From the human T2T-CHM13v2.0 reference genome, Homo sapiens: a DNA stretch of 64,000 bases. Location of the stretch: NCBI RefSeq assembly GCF_009914755.1, contig NC_060933.1. One strand, given 5' to 3'. The notes beneath the pieces are model-generated. The model saw only the letters and a program-made list of their open reading frames with translations, had not been told where the DNA came from and searched no databases. Below are positions 26,176 to 38,921 of the stretch, piece by piece. The position numbers and the translations under genes were made by a program. Within the stretch, counting starts at the first letter, position 1. Every line of letters starts with the position of its first letter.

Positions 26176-26584
26176 CAGAATGTGCATTTCAACCGGGCAG
26201 ACCAAGGTTTCGGTTCTAGCCCTACCTCTGGCTCACTGTGTGACCTCAGGCAGGTCACTTCACCTCTCTGGGCCTCATTTTCCACCTCCACAAAATGCAA
26301 TGGGCTTCTGAAGGACCTAGATGAGACATACACATCCAGGTGCTGAGTAAGCCAAGGCCCCCTCAGAGGGAATGGGTGACTAGAGTCATGTCTGCCTGAG
26401 GTTCTGTCCAAGTACCCCTTTGACTCTGCCCATTTGTTGGGGGTCTCCAAGGCCACACACTGGAGATAAGATCCCTGGTTCATCCCCACTAATGGCAGCT
26501 AAGGCCAGCAGGCCTGGGACTTCCCCAGGAGGTCTAGACTTTCATCTCCCATCCCAATCCATCCTCCTCTTTGTCTCTTTGCAG

Positions 26585-26629
26585 GGGGAACCAGGGGATC
26601 CTGGTCGGCCGGGGCCTGTGGGAGAGCAG
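26585..26629 (+). CDS. COL27A1: Collagen helix exon, 45 nt (GEPGDPGRPGPVGEQ)
   Basis: ctttgcag|GGG...CAG|gttagt. Confidence 0.95.
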
Positions 26630-27739
26630 GTTAGTTAGCAACGGTCTCTGAATGAGTGGCTCCATTTATTGGGCCCTTACTCTGTGCCAAGCCCTTTGCC
26701 CAGCACCCTCCATGCACCACCTCGTGTAATTCTCAGAACAACTCCAGAGGTAGGTTCAGTCCTCTACCCCTTTCACGAATGTGGACGGTGACCCTCAGAA
26801 CGGGGAAGTCTGTAAATGAGAAAGCTGTGGATCATAGTCACGACAGCTTTTCCCCACAGCCTGACTCTACACACAGGTTTTTGGTGCATTTGCCCAAAGA
26901 GGTTATGTGACTGCTCCCCCAGGACATTAAAACTGGAGGAGCCCTTGGCAGTCGTTGCTCGTGTTCCCATCAGCTTATAGATCAGGAAGCCAAAGGCCAG
27001 AGAAGTGTTACCACTTGCCAAGGTCCCTTGGTCTAGGCATCCCTAAATTATATAGAAGATGAAATCCAAACCAGTGGCTCTGGCTGGTTGAGAAGCTGGG
27101 TCAAGGTCTGAAGAAGAGAAGAGGTTGCAACTAGTCATTAAAATGAAGGTTTGAGGATCACGACCTTCAATTAAAGTCCAGAGAAACAGCTCTGAGGGAT
27201 GGGCAGAGGGACAGCTTCAATCCTTCCTGCCCAGCCCTGGGGCCTCCTGAAAGCTTAACCTCTTGGCTCCAAGGTGGAGAGGTGTTCATCTCCTCCACTC
27301 CTTTAAATATGGAGCTCATTCCTGGAAGGGGCTTCCTCAATCCGGAAGGACTGATGCTGGGGATGGCCATAGAGGAATTTGGCCGCACCACGAAACCCCG
27401 TCAGTGGCGTGAGAGTCACACACGATGGGCTTCCTCACCAGGCCTGCAACATCTGTTGGGGGAAGAAAGGAATTAAAACAGGGGGAGGCCTGGATTTTTG
27501 AAATCTTTCCAGTGTCATTCGAGCGCATTCTGTGGGAAGCCCGGGAGTTTGGAGAGGCTGCCGCGGCCTGGATATATTTCCTGATTGGAAAAAAAAAAAA
27601 AAGGCAATTTGATCAGCAAATTCAGTTTCATAGTTATGCTAATGGTAGGGCCCTCGGGAAATAGATATGCAGGGTCTTGGAAGTCAGAGCACAAAGATCC
27701 TTGGAAATCACTGTATCTAAGAGCCCTAACCATATTTTG

Positions 27740-28212
27740 TGCCTTGGATTTCTTTGCCAGGCTGGAAAGGCCCAGGGATCCCCTTCTCAGAATAGAGTTT
27801 ATAAATGCATAAAATTAAAAACAAAGGAAACTGATTATATAGAAATGCAATTATGAAAATATGTTAAAATATAATATATTCATATATATGCTTCTTTGGC
27901 AATGCATTAAATAATGAGTTCTAGTAGCAGGTGTAACAGCGGCCTCAATTTTGAAGTAATGCCAAGCCTTAGTGATGTATTTTGAGATCTCTGCAGCAAT
28001 GATTGTAATGTGCCATGTCACTTTCTGGGACAGTCCCAGGTCCTGGTAGTACTACTGTGGTTTGTTGCCTACACTCATATTCGAGGCAAATGCTAAATTT
28101 CAATTAGAGGTTCATGAAAATGAAAGAGTTTTAATTTTTTTCCATTCAAGTTGATATACCCTCTGAGTTCCATTCATAGAGACTGACAGAGACCCCGGGT
28201 TTAGAACCCTCA
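27740..28212. mobile_element. Probable hAT-Charlie-type DNA transposon fossil
   Basis: AT-rich island ending gaccccgggtttagaaccctc, resembling Charlie/MER5 termini; family uncertain. Confidence 0.4.
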
Positions 28213-28580
28213 GATTCTAGTCCATGTTGGCAATCTGGGATTTATGGAGGAGAAGCACGTTTGACCAAGATCACCAAGTGGGATAGTGGTAGAACTAGGC
28301 CCAGGAGGGGTGGGAACCTTGCCTGGAGCAGCCCAGTCTCATTTGGTCAGCAGAACACCCGGCTTGCTGCCCAGGCAGCTTGGACAGTAGCAGGAAGGAG
28401 GCAGAGCTGGAACCCTGTGGCTGCTATAAGGCACATGGAGGTACCATGCCAGCCGTTCCCTTGGCCCCCACCCCATGTGGTCACAGTGAAAGGGGAGGCA
28501 TTTTCTGTTCACTGCAGGATCAGAGGATCCCTGGGAAAGTTCTGAAGCTCACACCACAGGACCTCCTTGTAATCATAGTA

Positions 28581-28656
28581 CTGGGTCGGTGCAAAAGTAA
28601 TCACAGTTTTTAGCATTATAATGGCAAAAACTGCGATTACTTTTGCAACAACCCAA
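28581..28656. mobile_element. MADE1 (Hsmar1-derived mariner MITE)
   Basis: ggtgcaaaagtaat ... attacttttgca palindrome, TA on both sides. Confidence 0.9.
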
Positions 28657-28669
28657 TAACAGTGACATT

Positions 28670-28870
28670 TATTAGTCACCTGTTAGGTTCCAGACTCTGT
28701 GCCAAATGCTGTCTACACAATCGTCTATGGCAGTAGGTATTACTGTCCTCATTTTGCAAATGAGGAAACTGAGGCTCTGGGAAGTTAAGTAACTTGTCCG
28801 AGATCTCACAGGCAGTAACATCACTGTCAGAGGCAAGATTGACCCTGAGGTCTGCTGGGTTCCCAATGCC
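28670..28870 (-). mobile_element. MIR SINE
   Basis: ctcattttgcaaatgaggaaactgaggct...gttaagtaacttgtcc; ends approximate. Confidence 0.75.
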
Positions 28871-31333
28871 TGCCTCGAGGGCTGAAAACTCTCCGACCTC
28901 CTGAGCCCTGGCCTGTCTCTAACAGAGCACAGACTGGCTGCCAGGCCCTGGCCGAGGTGCTGGGAACAGGGCATGGGTCTTGCCTTCAAGACACCCCGTC
29001 CAGGGGCAGCCACGCATATAAACACGTCACACTGAGCTGTCTAGTCCAGCTCAGGGTCCATAGCCCTCTCATTCTCAGTTGCATCCCCAGTGCCTAGCAT
29101 ATGAGAGGAGGAAGAAAACTTCCGGTAGCAGACAATGGCCCTTTATCTGTAGGCAATGTGAGGACCAGGCTAGCCTCCTCCCCAAAACTGGGAACTCGGA
29201 TCCTGCCTGTGCGGTGCCCGCTGTGGGTAACAATGCTGCCTCCTCCCATGCCCGCCTTGCCAGCCCTAGAGGAGCCAGCCATGCCCGCAGCTTTCCAAGC
29301 TGCTTCTCCGTTGACCTGCCTGGACTTCTGGGCCTGGCCTCTCTGGACCAGCCTCAAGAACAGGCCTGCCAGGATGTTCTGGGACAGTACCCCGGGGGGG
29401 TCCCAGGGGTGCGGGTCGGGGGATGGGGCACTTGCTGTATGGCTCTTATTCATTAGGATCTTGTTTGGTTTCTTGTTAGAGGTTTATGACCCGCTTGCCT
29501 TCCAGGACCCAACATCTCATAAATTTAAAGTGGCTATGAAATTTCTGTTTCTCTGGGCCAGTCAGGCAGGGGCCTTTTAACAGAGCAGTTTTTATTCCCT
29601 TCATTCGGCATCCTCTAAATGTCTGACTGCTCCCTTGTGGGAAGCCCAGGCCTCTGTCTTACCCCTGTGCCCTTGTAAAATAAATTAAGAGGGGATGGGA
29701 AAGAGCGAACATGTATGAAGTACCTCTACGCATCGTGCACCATCTCCCGTATTCGGAACAGTGCCAGGAAGTAGGGAGGTACCTTTATTGTCTCCCATTC
29801 TGCAGATGAGGCTCAGAGAGACTGATTTGCCCAGAACCCACACACCTGAAGACTGAATGACAGTTACATAGATAAAGTGCCAGGTACAGGGCTTGGCACA
29901 CAGGAAGTGCTCAATACGTTGAAGCCGTTGTTATAATATTGCTATCACTTAGAAAATGCTCTAATTAATTTTTAAAAATAAGTTGTTGCAAAAATCAAGT
30001 ATTTGGTTATTTTCTGTGAAATGTTAGCTGTGACCTTATACCTAGTGCCTCATCCCTCTTACCTTATACTTCAGAAAGTTCTCTGAACCCAGGGAACCAG
30101 GGGCAGGTGCAGGATCCACCATGCGTAGTGCCAGCGTGGTGCTGGGATGTACGGGAGATCCGGGCCCTGTTCACAGCCACATGCTTTGGAGGCCTTGGGC
30201 TGGAGGGGAAGGTGCGTGGTCTTTGGAGCCACACAACCAGAGCGGACATCCCAGGCTGCAGCAGCAAGACACGTGTGGCCCTCGCTGAAGTGACCACTTT
30301 AAAACTGTCTTTAGATAAGAAAGTGTGGATCCCAGAGGTAACCCTCTCATGGTAGTTAACTGACAGCTGGGCCGGCCTTATTGACTGAGTACACAAACTC
30401 TGGCCTATTCCTGGCCCAAGGTCTCATTTTACTCTGGCCAGGGTTTGGGGGACAGGGAGCGGATTTTATGGACAAAATCCACTCATCCCTCCATCTTTCC
30501 TAATTCACCCAGAACCTCTTGGCTGCAAATCTGGGTTCTTCCAAAGCCACTTCTGCACTCCTGAACCACACAAGGCCCTCCCGGCTCAGTTTCTATTTTC
30601 CTTAGCAGGGAAGAAGGTGGGGCCTGAATAAGAAATTGATGGGCCTTCCTAGGTGACCCCTCTAGGCTGTCCACCCTCGCTGCGCGTGTGCGTGTTTGCT
30701 TGCTCAGGGAGACGGCAAGGACTGGGGCCACCTAGAAGAACCCCCTGGAACCCAGAGGCAAGTTGTCACCCAGCGGAGTTCAGCAGAGCAGCAGGAGCTG
30801 CAGCGTGTGTCTGTGTGTGCACCCTTTCAGAAAAAGGCAAGGAGGCCTTTCAGAAGACAGTAAAGAGGCCTCCGCCTCCCCGATTCCAATCAGTTCTCTT
30901 GGCGGAGGCTGTTACGGTATTTCTGTCCCAGCCAGCGGGTTTGTTTCACTCTTTGAAACAGCCCCAGAGCCCCGAAAGATGGGCACAGATGGCCTCTTCC
31001 CAGCTCAGCTTAAGCCACCCCCCGCCCAACCCCAGCTCTCCAAACGTGGCAGCCTCCCAGCCTGCTTCTGGCGCGGGAAGAATGTGTGGCGCTCCCAGGG
31101 ATGTTGGCAGCGGCCCCGCTGCTTGGCTTCAAAATCAGAACCATCTGGTGGAGTGAGGGAAGTCAGAACGGTGCCCAGAGAGAGGCAGCGCTCTCCCCGG
31201 CACAACCCCATGCTGGCTGGGTGACCAGGCACGGGTGGGAGACACCTGGGAGATGAGCTTCAGGGGAAGGAGCGGGAGGGCTGGGTCCCCGGATTCACGT
31301 TGTTTCTCTTGCTTTCGGGAATGTGTCTCATAG

Positions 31334-31387
31334 GGATTTATGGGATTCATTGGTCTGGTCGGGGAGCCAGGAATCGTGGGAGAAAAG
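31334..31387 (+). CDS. COL27A1: Collagen helix exon, 54 nt ([18 protein letters not shown])
   Basis: tctcatag|GGA...AAG|gtaagt. Confidence 0.95.
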
Positions 31388-32214
31388 GTAAGTGGTGTTG
31401 AGGGGAAAAGATAAACAATTAGAGCTTGTGTTTTGAAATTGTAAAAAGGTGAAGAGGCCCTTTGACCTGGGGATTTCAGAATACCCTCCCCTAGCCTCTC
31501 TCCTGACCTGGCATTCTGAGTCTGCCAAGAGACATTGTTCCCTTTCCTGGCATCCCTTGGGGTTCTATCCCTGCCCTACTGTCATCAGCCTCAAGCACAG
31601 TTAGAGTTTTGTGTGACAACCAGCAGATGCATGTGACCTGGGCTCCTCACAGCTGCCTACTGGCCCTGCACAGGGGTCGGCGAGAGCAGGGAGGAAAAGA
31701 CTCATCTTTACAAAGAGGAAAGATGAGGTTGCCTTGCTAAGCCTCTGTTTTAGATGACATAACAGAGGCTCAAATAGGGGAGGTGACTTACTCCAGGTCA
31801 CCCAGATAATAAGCGGCAGTGCTGAGATTTGAACCAGGTTCATTGCCAAAGGTTAGCTACACTTTGCTCACTAAGACACTCTGCCTCATGTTGGCTCCCA
31901 GCTCCCACCAAGGGCCTTGGAGGCACTTGTCTTCCTTTGTATGGGTTTATCCGATCCCCAGAGCAGGCCCTCTGGGAGAACCAATATTATTCCCATTGAA
32001 TAGATGGAGGAACTGAGGTCCAGAGGGAGGAAGTATCCCCCGCAAGTCTGGCCCCGCCTAACTCTCCAGGATCCTCTTGTGCCACACTCTATCACTCTAT
32101 GTGGCCCAGACCCTCGGGCCTCTGCCTTCCTCCTCCTCCTCCTCCCTCGCTTCCCCCTCCTCCTCCTTCCCCTTCTGCTCCTCCTCCTTTTAAATTCAGC
32201 TTTTTATCTTGAAA

Positions 32215-32340
32215 CTTTAAATTTAACTTTTTATTTTGAAATAATGACAGATTCACAAGAAGTTGCAAAAAATAGTACCCTTCACCCTGTTTCTTCCAGT
32301 GGTAGCATCTTACATAATGATAGCACAACATCAAAGCCAA
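32215..32340 (-). mobile_element. Old L1 (L1M) 3' end fragment
   Basis: ttttattttgaaataatgacagattcacaagaagttgcaaaaaatagtac...cccttcaccc motif. Confidence 0.55.
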
Positions 32341-33311
32341 CTCTGGGCTTCTGCTGTTGCTCAAATGACCCATGTCCCTTCTCACCTACAAACCATTGAC
32401 TGCGCCATTCCCTTAGCCAAATGCTTTCTTCCCATTGCCATCTGCCTCCACCCTTTCTGCCCAGATGCTCTTCATTATCCTTCAGCTCTTGGGTCAAGAG
32501 GGACTTCCCGAGGGAAGCTTTCCCTGACCGGCTCTGCCCCCAAGTGGGTCAAGTCCTCCAATAATAACACCTTAGCACCATGACCCCCACCCTCACTGCA
32601 CTGTGTCTCCTACAACCCTCTGAGTGCCTTGCTCCATGGGAGCAGGGCTGCTCACCATTGTATATTCAGAGTCTCGCAGATAGTGTCAGACACATAGTAG
32701 GTGCTCAATAGATATTTGCTGGCTGGGTGGATACAAGAAACAGAGCCTCACGAAAACAGAGCCAAGATTCGAACCCAGAGCACCTACCTTCTGGCTGGAG
32801 CTGTCTGCTACACTGCCAACTCTGCCCAGTGTGTCTGGATTGGTCGAGAGGGAATGAGTTATGTCTCTGATTCTCTAGCATCTCATCTAGGTTTGGACAG
32901 GGAGTTTGGAGAGTGAAAGACATGCCTTCTCTTGCTGTTTCTGCCTCAGCAAGCCTAGCCCAGGGGATGCCAGGCCTAATAAGGACCAACATGATGTGGG
33001 CCAGGATCAAAGGGGACAGTGTAATTAGTGCTTCCTTAATCAGGACCATCCTTGGAGGGAAATTCACTGCGTGGCCCACTACAGGGGATGCTGAGGCCTT
33101 CCAGGGCTTGCCAGAGGTCTTGGCTTCCTCTGAGTGAAATCCCAGATCCCCACCTGGGTGATGTGGCCATGAACTAGGCAGGGACCCTCTAGAGACCTTG
33201 AGCAAACCCCTACCTCTCTTTGAGCCTCTGGATGGCCCTCTGCACCTGCCTCCCACAGAGCCACCCCACAGCCATAGCCGTGACCTGCCTGCATTGCTGT
33301 CTCCATCACAG

Positions 33312-33365
33312 GGTGATCGTGGCATGATGGGACCCCCAGGCGTGCCTGGACCCAAGGGGTCGATG
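33312..33365 (+). CDS. COL27A1: Collagen helix exon, 54 nt (GDRGMMGPPGVPGPKGSM)
   Basis: catcacag|GGT...ATG|gtaagg. Confidence 0.96.
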
Positions 33366-33597
33366 GTAAGGAGTAAGTCTGCATCCTCTTGCCCTCTCCT
33401 GTTGCAGCCTTGAGTGACAGCTCTGCTCTCCTCCATGAACCGCTTACCCCAGACGTTCAGAATGACCAGCTCCCTCTTTGTCCAGGGGGCCTAGCTGCTG
33501 TCCTCCTGGCTTTGCACTGGGGCTGAGCCGACCGAGGTGGGACTGAAGGAGGAAGCTTCCATAGCTGATTCCTCCTTTGTCTTCTCTGTCTTGGCAG

Positions 33598-33651
33598 GGT
33601 CATCCTGGAATGCCAGGTGGTATGGGGACCCCTGGAGAGCCTGGACCCCAG
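33598..33651 (+). CDS. COL27A1: Collagen helix exon, 54 nt (GHPGMPGGMGTPGEPGPQ)
   Basis: cttggcag|GGT...CAG|gtaagc. Confidence 0.96.
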
Positions 33652-33707
33652 GTAAGCAAAGCCCTCGTGATCCCTAAGCTCAAACCACTGTCAGATAAGG
33701 GTTAGGT

Positions 33708-33984
33708 GGCTGGGTGTGGTGGCTCACACCTGTAATCTCAGCACTTCGGGAGGCCGATCACTTGAGGCCAGAGTTCAAGACCAGCCTGACAAACATACCA
33801 AAACCTTGTCTCTACGAAAAATACAAAAATTCGCTGGGCGTGGTGACACGCACTTGTAATCCCAGATACTCAGTAGGCTGAGGCATGAGAATCGCTTGAA
33901 CCCAGAAGGCAGAGGTTGCAGTGAGCCAAGATCGTGCCACTGCACTCTGCCTGGGTGATAGAGCTAGACCCTGTCTCAAAAAAA
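33708..33984 (+). mobile_element. Alu with internal deletion; tail expanded into a purine tract
   Basis: Alu dimer; ataagggttagg at 33695 and 34281. Confidence 0.92.
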
Positions 33985-34015
33985 AGAAAGGAAAAGAAAG
34001 AAAGAGACAGAGAAA

Positions 34016-34047
<32 letters not shown>

Positions 34048-34280
34048 GAGAGGAAGGGAGGGGAGAAAGAAAGAAGGGAGTGGAGGAAGAAAGAAAGAAG
34101 AAAGAAAGAAAGAAAGAAAAGAAAGAGGAAAAAAGACAGAGAAAGAAGAGGAGAAAAAAGAGGAGGGAGGGAGGGCGGGAGGGGAGGAAGAAAGGAAAGA
34201 AAGGAAAAGAAAAGAAAGGAAGGAATGAAGGAAGGAAGGAAGAACAGAAGAACAGAAGAGAAGAGAAGAGGAGAAAAAGA
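33978..34280 (+). repeat. GA-rich (AAAG/AAGG) low-complexity polypurine tract
   Basis: About 300 nt almost devoid of pyrimidines. Confidence 0.95.
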
Positions 34281-34622
34281 ATAAGGGTTAGGAGTTCAAG
34301 CCTCAGAATCAGACAGACCTGGGTAGAATCCCAGCTACACCACTTTCTGACTATAATCCTGGGGCAGATCTGACTGTATTCCTGGGGCAGATCATTTAAC
34401 TTCTCCGAGCCTGAATTTTGCTCATTTGAAAAACAGAAAAAAGAATCATGGTCAGGATAGTGTGATCGTGTGGGTTAAATGGAAGCGTGGGGCTAATGTT
34501 CATTACAGAATGGTGTTTGTTCCCTGGAAGCATTTTGGTTATTAGCAGCATTATTGCTTTTGTCCATTCACTCATTCACTCTGTAGTTACTGAGCGATAA
34601 GTGCTTGTGGGCAGTTTCAGGA

Positions 34623-34773
34623 GCTGGGTGAAGGGGCCCAATCTCCACTCACTGCAACCTCCACCTCCTGGGTTCAAGAGATTCTCGTGCCTCAGCCTCC
34701 CTAGTAGCTGGGATCACAAGCGTGTGCCACCACACCCAGCTAATTTTTGTATTTTTAGTAGAGATGGGGTTTT
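34623..34773 (-). mobile_element. Internal Alu fragment lacking both ends
   Basis: ctcactgcaacctccacctcc...tttttagtagagatggggttt; no poly-A/T; 19-nt flanking direct repeat. Confidence 0.88.
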
Positions 34774-36940
34774 GGCAGTTCCAGGAGCTGGGGATGTGGC
34801 AGCAAGAAAGGTAGAAAGTGGTCCCTTCCTTTGGAGCATGTAGTCTGGTATGGGGGGGCAGGGTAGATAGAACCCAGTAAGTGATGTCTGTTCTGGAAGA
34901 GCAGGCACAAAGATGGGAAATGCTGGACAAACAGGGCTGAGGGTCCTCAGGGGCCTGGGCTTCTCATGATGACTGAGGAAGCAGGGTTGGTGGGAGGCTC
35001 TCAAGGCAGAGTGGTGGGAGAGGCTGGGAGAGCTGGGGGAAGGGTGCGGCCAGGAGCACTCAAGTTCAAGAGCCCCTTCTCCTTCCCAGGGGTGATGATG
35101 TGCAGGGGGTGGGGGTGGGCTTGCTCTCATTTGGAGCAGGTAGAACTTGCTTCAGATCCCTGTTTCTGCCAATGGAGGATGGAAACTAGGAAAGGGCACT
35201 CGCTTCAGCCAAAGCCAGGGGTCAGGGCTGGGAGCCCAGTCCGAGGTGGGCTTGGGGAAGTTGGGGAGGGTGTGGGGGTAGAGGGACCAGCCCAGGCACA
35301 GATCCGGAGGTAGGGCTGAGGGGCGATGAGCTCAGGTTGCCTGGGTGTCTCCAAAGTCCCGACTGAGGAGTTCCCTGGGGTCTGATGAGGAAGGGCCCTG
35401 AAGCCTTTCATGGTTTGAACCCAGGGGAAGCTCGCATAAACCTGTTCTCTACTGTGATTAGGGAAGCAAGGCCAACTCAGCTCCTACACTTTTTCATGCA
35501 CCTGCTGTGTGCTAGCATAAGCTCCTCCCTGGAGGTACAAAAATGGTAAGAAAGAGTTCCAGCTCTTAAGACTCTCACTGTCTGGTGGGGCTGTCAAGTA
35601 TAAACATTCTCTCCATCATTAACAGACTTTTATCGAGCACCTACTCTGTGCCAGGCCATGCCAGGGGCCGAGGAGGTAGAGGGGTGGACTAGTCCAAGGG
35701 TGAGAGGCCTGGATATAGGTGACCGTCACCCAGAGGAGAAGGCATCAGCACCAGGGGTCTCTGTCCATCCTCATGATTCTTTGGACAAGTTGGAACGTTC
35801 TTGAGGAGCACAGTTGGAAGCAGAAGCCAGCACTCTGGGCTCCCAGTGACATATTTTTGCCCTGTTCATGAGAAGGAGGAAAAGTCACATCTGGCCCAGG
35901 GCTGGAGGAGCTGGCAGTGTGGAAGTAGGACTGTTGGGGTAGAAGCAGGGGGTCAGAGGACCAGCATTCTGGTCAGGGGGCTAGCACGGCTGGCCGAGGC
36001 ACCCAGCTTGGAATGCAAGGGCCCGGCCTCCCTCCCAGTGGTCAGAGATAGAGTGATTGGAGCCCTCAGCATGGGGGGTGCCCAGAGTAGGGCCGAAGCC
36101 TGAGTACAAGGATGCTGGGGGTACATCATCGAGTTCTATCCCCGGCACCCCTGCACCTCAGCCGTCCTGGGCCTGTCTCCCCATCTGTCTAGTGGGAGGA
36201 GGAAAGCCAGGAAAGGAGTCACTGGGACACAATGGAAGGCCAGTGGGAGATGGGGAAAGAGTGGGGATATTCAGGCCAATACAGAGAAGAAGGTGCAAGC
36301 CTCCTCTGAATCCCTTGCCTCCCTGGCTCCACTCACCTCCCCACCCCACCCCATCTCCTCAGTGCTTCCCCCTCTTCAGTGGGTTGGCTCAGGCTTGGTG
36401 AAATCAGACGGTCACTTACTGCTGTTTCTGATCCCAAGGTTGCCATGGTCCCCCACTGCTACGGTACAGGGCTGGTCCCTTGGATCTCTTGGGGTTCCTC
36501 CTGGCCAGCGACACTGGGGAAGCCGGCTAGCTCGGAGGCCCAGAAAACCACCTTCAGAATCAGATACATGGGGGTGAAATTCTGGCTCCCCGACTTGCCG
36601 GCTGCGGGATTGTTGGCAACATTCATAGCTTCTCCGACCCTCAGTTTCCCCATCTGTAAGTCAGCATGATGCCACCTGGAGTATGAGATTGTCATCGGAA
36701 ATGGTGCAGTGCATGATGTGGTGTCTCACAGCCCTCCTGCATAACTGTGTGCTTCATGAATGGTGATAACTATTTGTTAGAGATGATCATTGCCACTATT
36801 ATGAGTAAGGCTACTACGATTAAAAGTGACATTTCTGGTGATATTGTTCACACCTGATTGGCATTTTCCCACTTTATCAATCACTTTCACCTCCATGTTG
36901 TCCGATAGCACATTGAGATCTATCAAGATTATTATCCCCA

Positions 36941-37303
<363 letters not shown>

Positions 37304-38645
37304 CTAGGGTCACCCAGTGACCAGAGTTGGGTCTAGCATTCAATTCTGACCTCCTCCTGCCTTGCGAGAGCAGGCAGCTACCTTTTCCTGAGGACTTTGT
37401 CACTTCACCTTCTAGAAACTCTAGGGGGTAAGGACTCTTCTATCCCCATGTTATAGATGACAAAACTGAGGCCCAGTGAGTTGAAGTAACGTGCCTAAGA
37501 TGGCACAATTAGTAAGTGGCCAAACTGGCATGTGAGCCCGGGTTCTCCAGTGCTACAGCCTGCTCTTTTCAGCACTCTATGCCTTGATGTAGAGACTTGG
37601 CTCCCGAAATTTCCCAGCGGTGCATTGCATGCCTTCTGAGCTCTGAGATCACTCTATAAAATGGCCCATTCTCACCCAGTCTTTCTGTTCTCCACCATCC
37701 GGGAGTCAGAACTGCCTTTTATGGGGCCAAGCCCGGGTCCACACCCTGCTTGCTCTACTGACGAAGGGTCAGCCTGGGACCCAGCCCCTCACATCAGCCC
37801 CTCCACAGCAGCTGTTGGAGGGTCTGCTGGGTGATAGCGGCTGGGTTCACACCCCTCAAAGCCATGGGGAAAGGGAAATGGGAAAGTCAAGAGTTCGCTC
37901 TGAGGCACCAGATGGGGCTGGGCCTCTCCCTGGTATTCAGAGGAGGGATGAGACTGGCTCTGCCTTGCAAAAGGAGCACGCCCAGTCTGAGAATTGCTGC
38001 GGAGCTGGGAGGCTCCTGGAGCTGGCAGAGGGTCCTGGCTGGCCGGTGGATGAAGTTGCTGCTTGAGGTCTCTCAAGCTGGGCCTGGAATCGGGGTGGGG
38101 GCGGGGGAGACATTAGGCAGAGGGGTGGCCTGCTTCCCATCTTCTCCTGTGTTCCCTCCGTTCCCACCCTCTGCCCTCTTCAGTTCATGTGCTCCTTGTT
38201 CATTCAGCAGATTCCTGAGTGTCTGTCGTGCACCTGTGCCAGGCCAGGTGCTGAGAATTCCAAGAACTAAACTGGCCCTCTCACCCTGTCTCTCTTGCCC
38301 CTCTTGTCGTCTGTTCATCAAAACCAAGATGGCTGCCCATTTGCCCGGGGCTGGGCCTTGCTCCCTTCTCATGCCACCCCACCCACTTCTCTGCCTCTGC
38401 CTCCCCTCTCCTTCTCTCTTTCTTGATCCTCTCCCACTCTGCCCTCTCCGCCTCCCAAGCTCACCCCAGGCCTGTGTTCTCAGTTCTTCCTCCTCCTCTT
38501 TTCCCTGGGAGAAAATATTCAGGAAAATATTGGGTGTCAGGGTGGAGGTGAGGGACAGAACTTGGGTCACCAGATTCTCCTTTCTGGTGGGGGAGAAAAA
38601 GGGAGATGAGGATTTGAGGAGACCTTTTGTCATACATGTCATTGT

Positions 38646-38921
38646 AGTCTGGATGCAGTGGCTCACACCTGTAATCCCAGCAATTTGGGAGGCTGAGGCA
38701 GGAGGATCACTTGAGCCTAGGAGTTTGAGATCAGGCTGGTCAAGATAGTGAGACCCTGTCTCCACAAAAATAAGAAAATTAGCTGGGCATGATGGTGCAT
38801 GCCTGCAATCCTAGCTACTCAGGAGGCTGAGGCGGGGGGATCACTTGAGCCCGGAGCTCAAGGCTGCACTGCACTCCAGCCCAGGCCACAGAGCGAGATC
38901 CTCTCTCAATAAATACATAAA
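38646..38921 (+). mobile_element. Alu (AluJ-like)
   Basis: Diverged dimer with internal deletion (ggctgcactgcactcc). Confidence 0.9.

Noticed and set aside
33921-34373. Lys/Arg/Glu-rich ORFs
   Set aside because: Translation of the Alu end and the polypurine tract.
37831-38765. 305-aa (+) and 230-aa (-) ORFs
   Set aside because: GC-rich intron running into an Alu; no recognisable domain.
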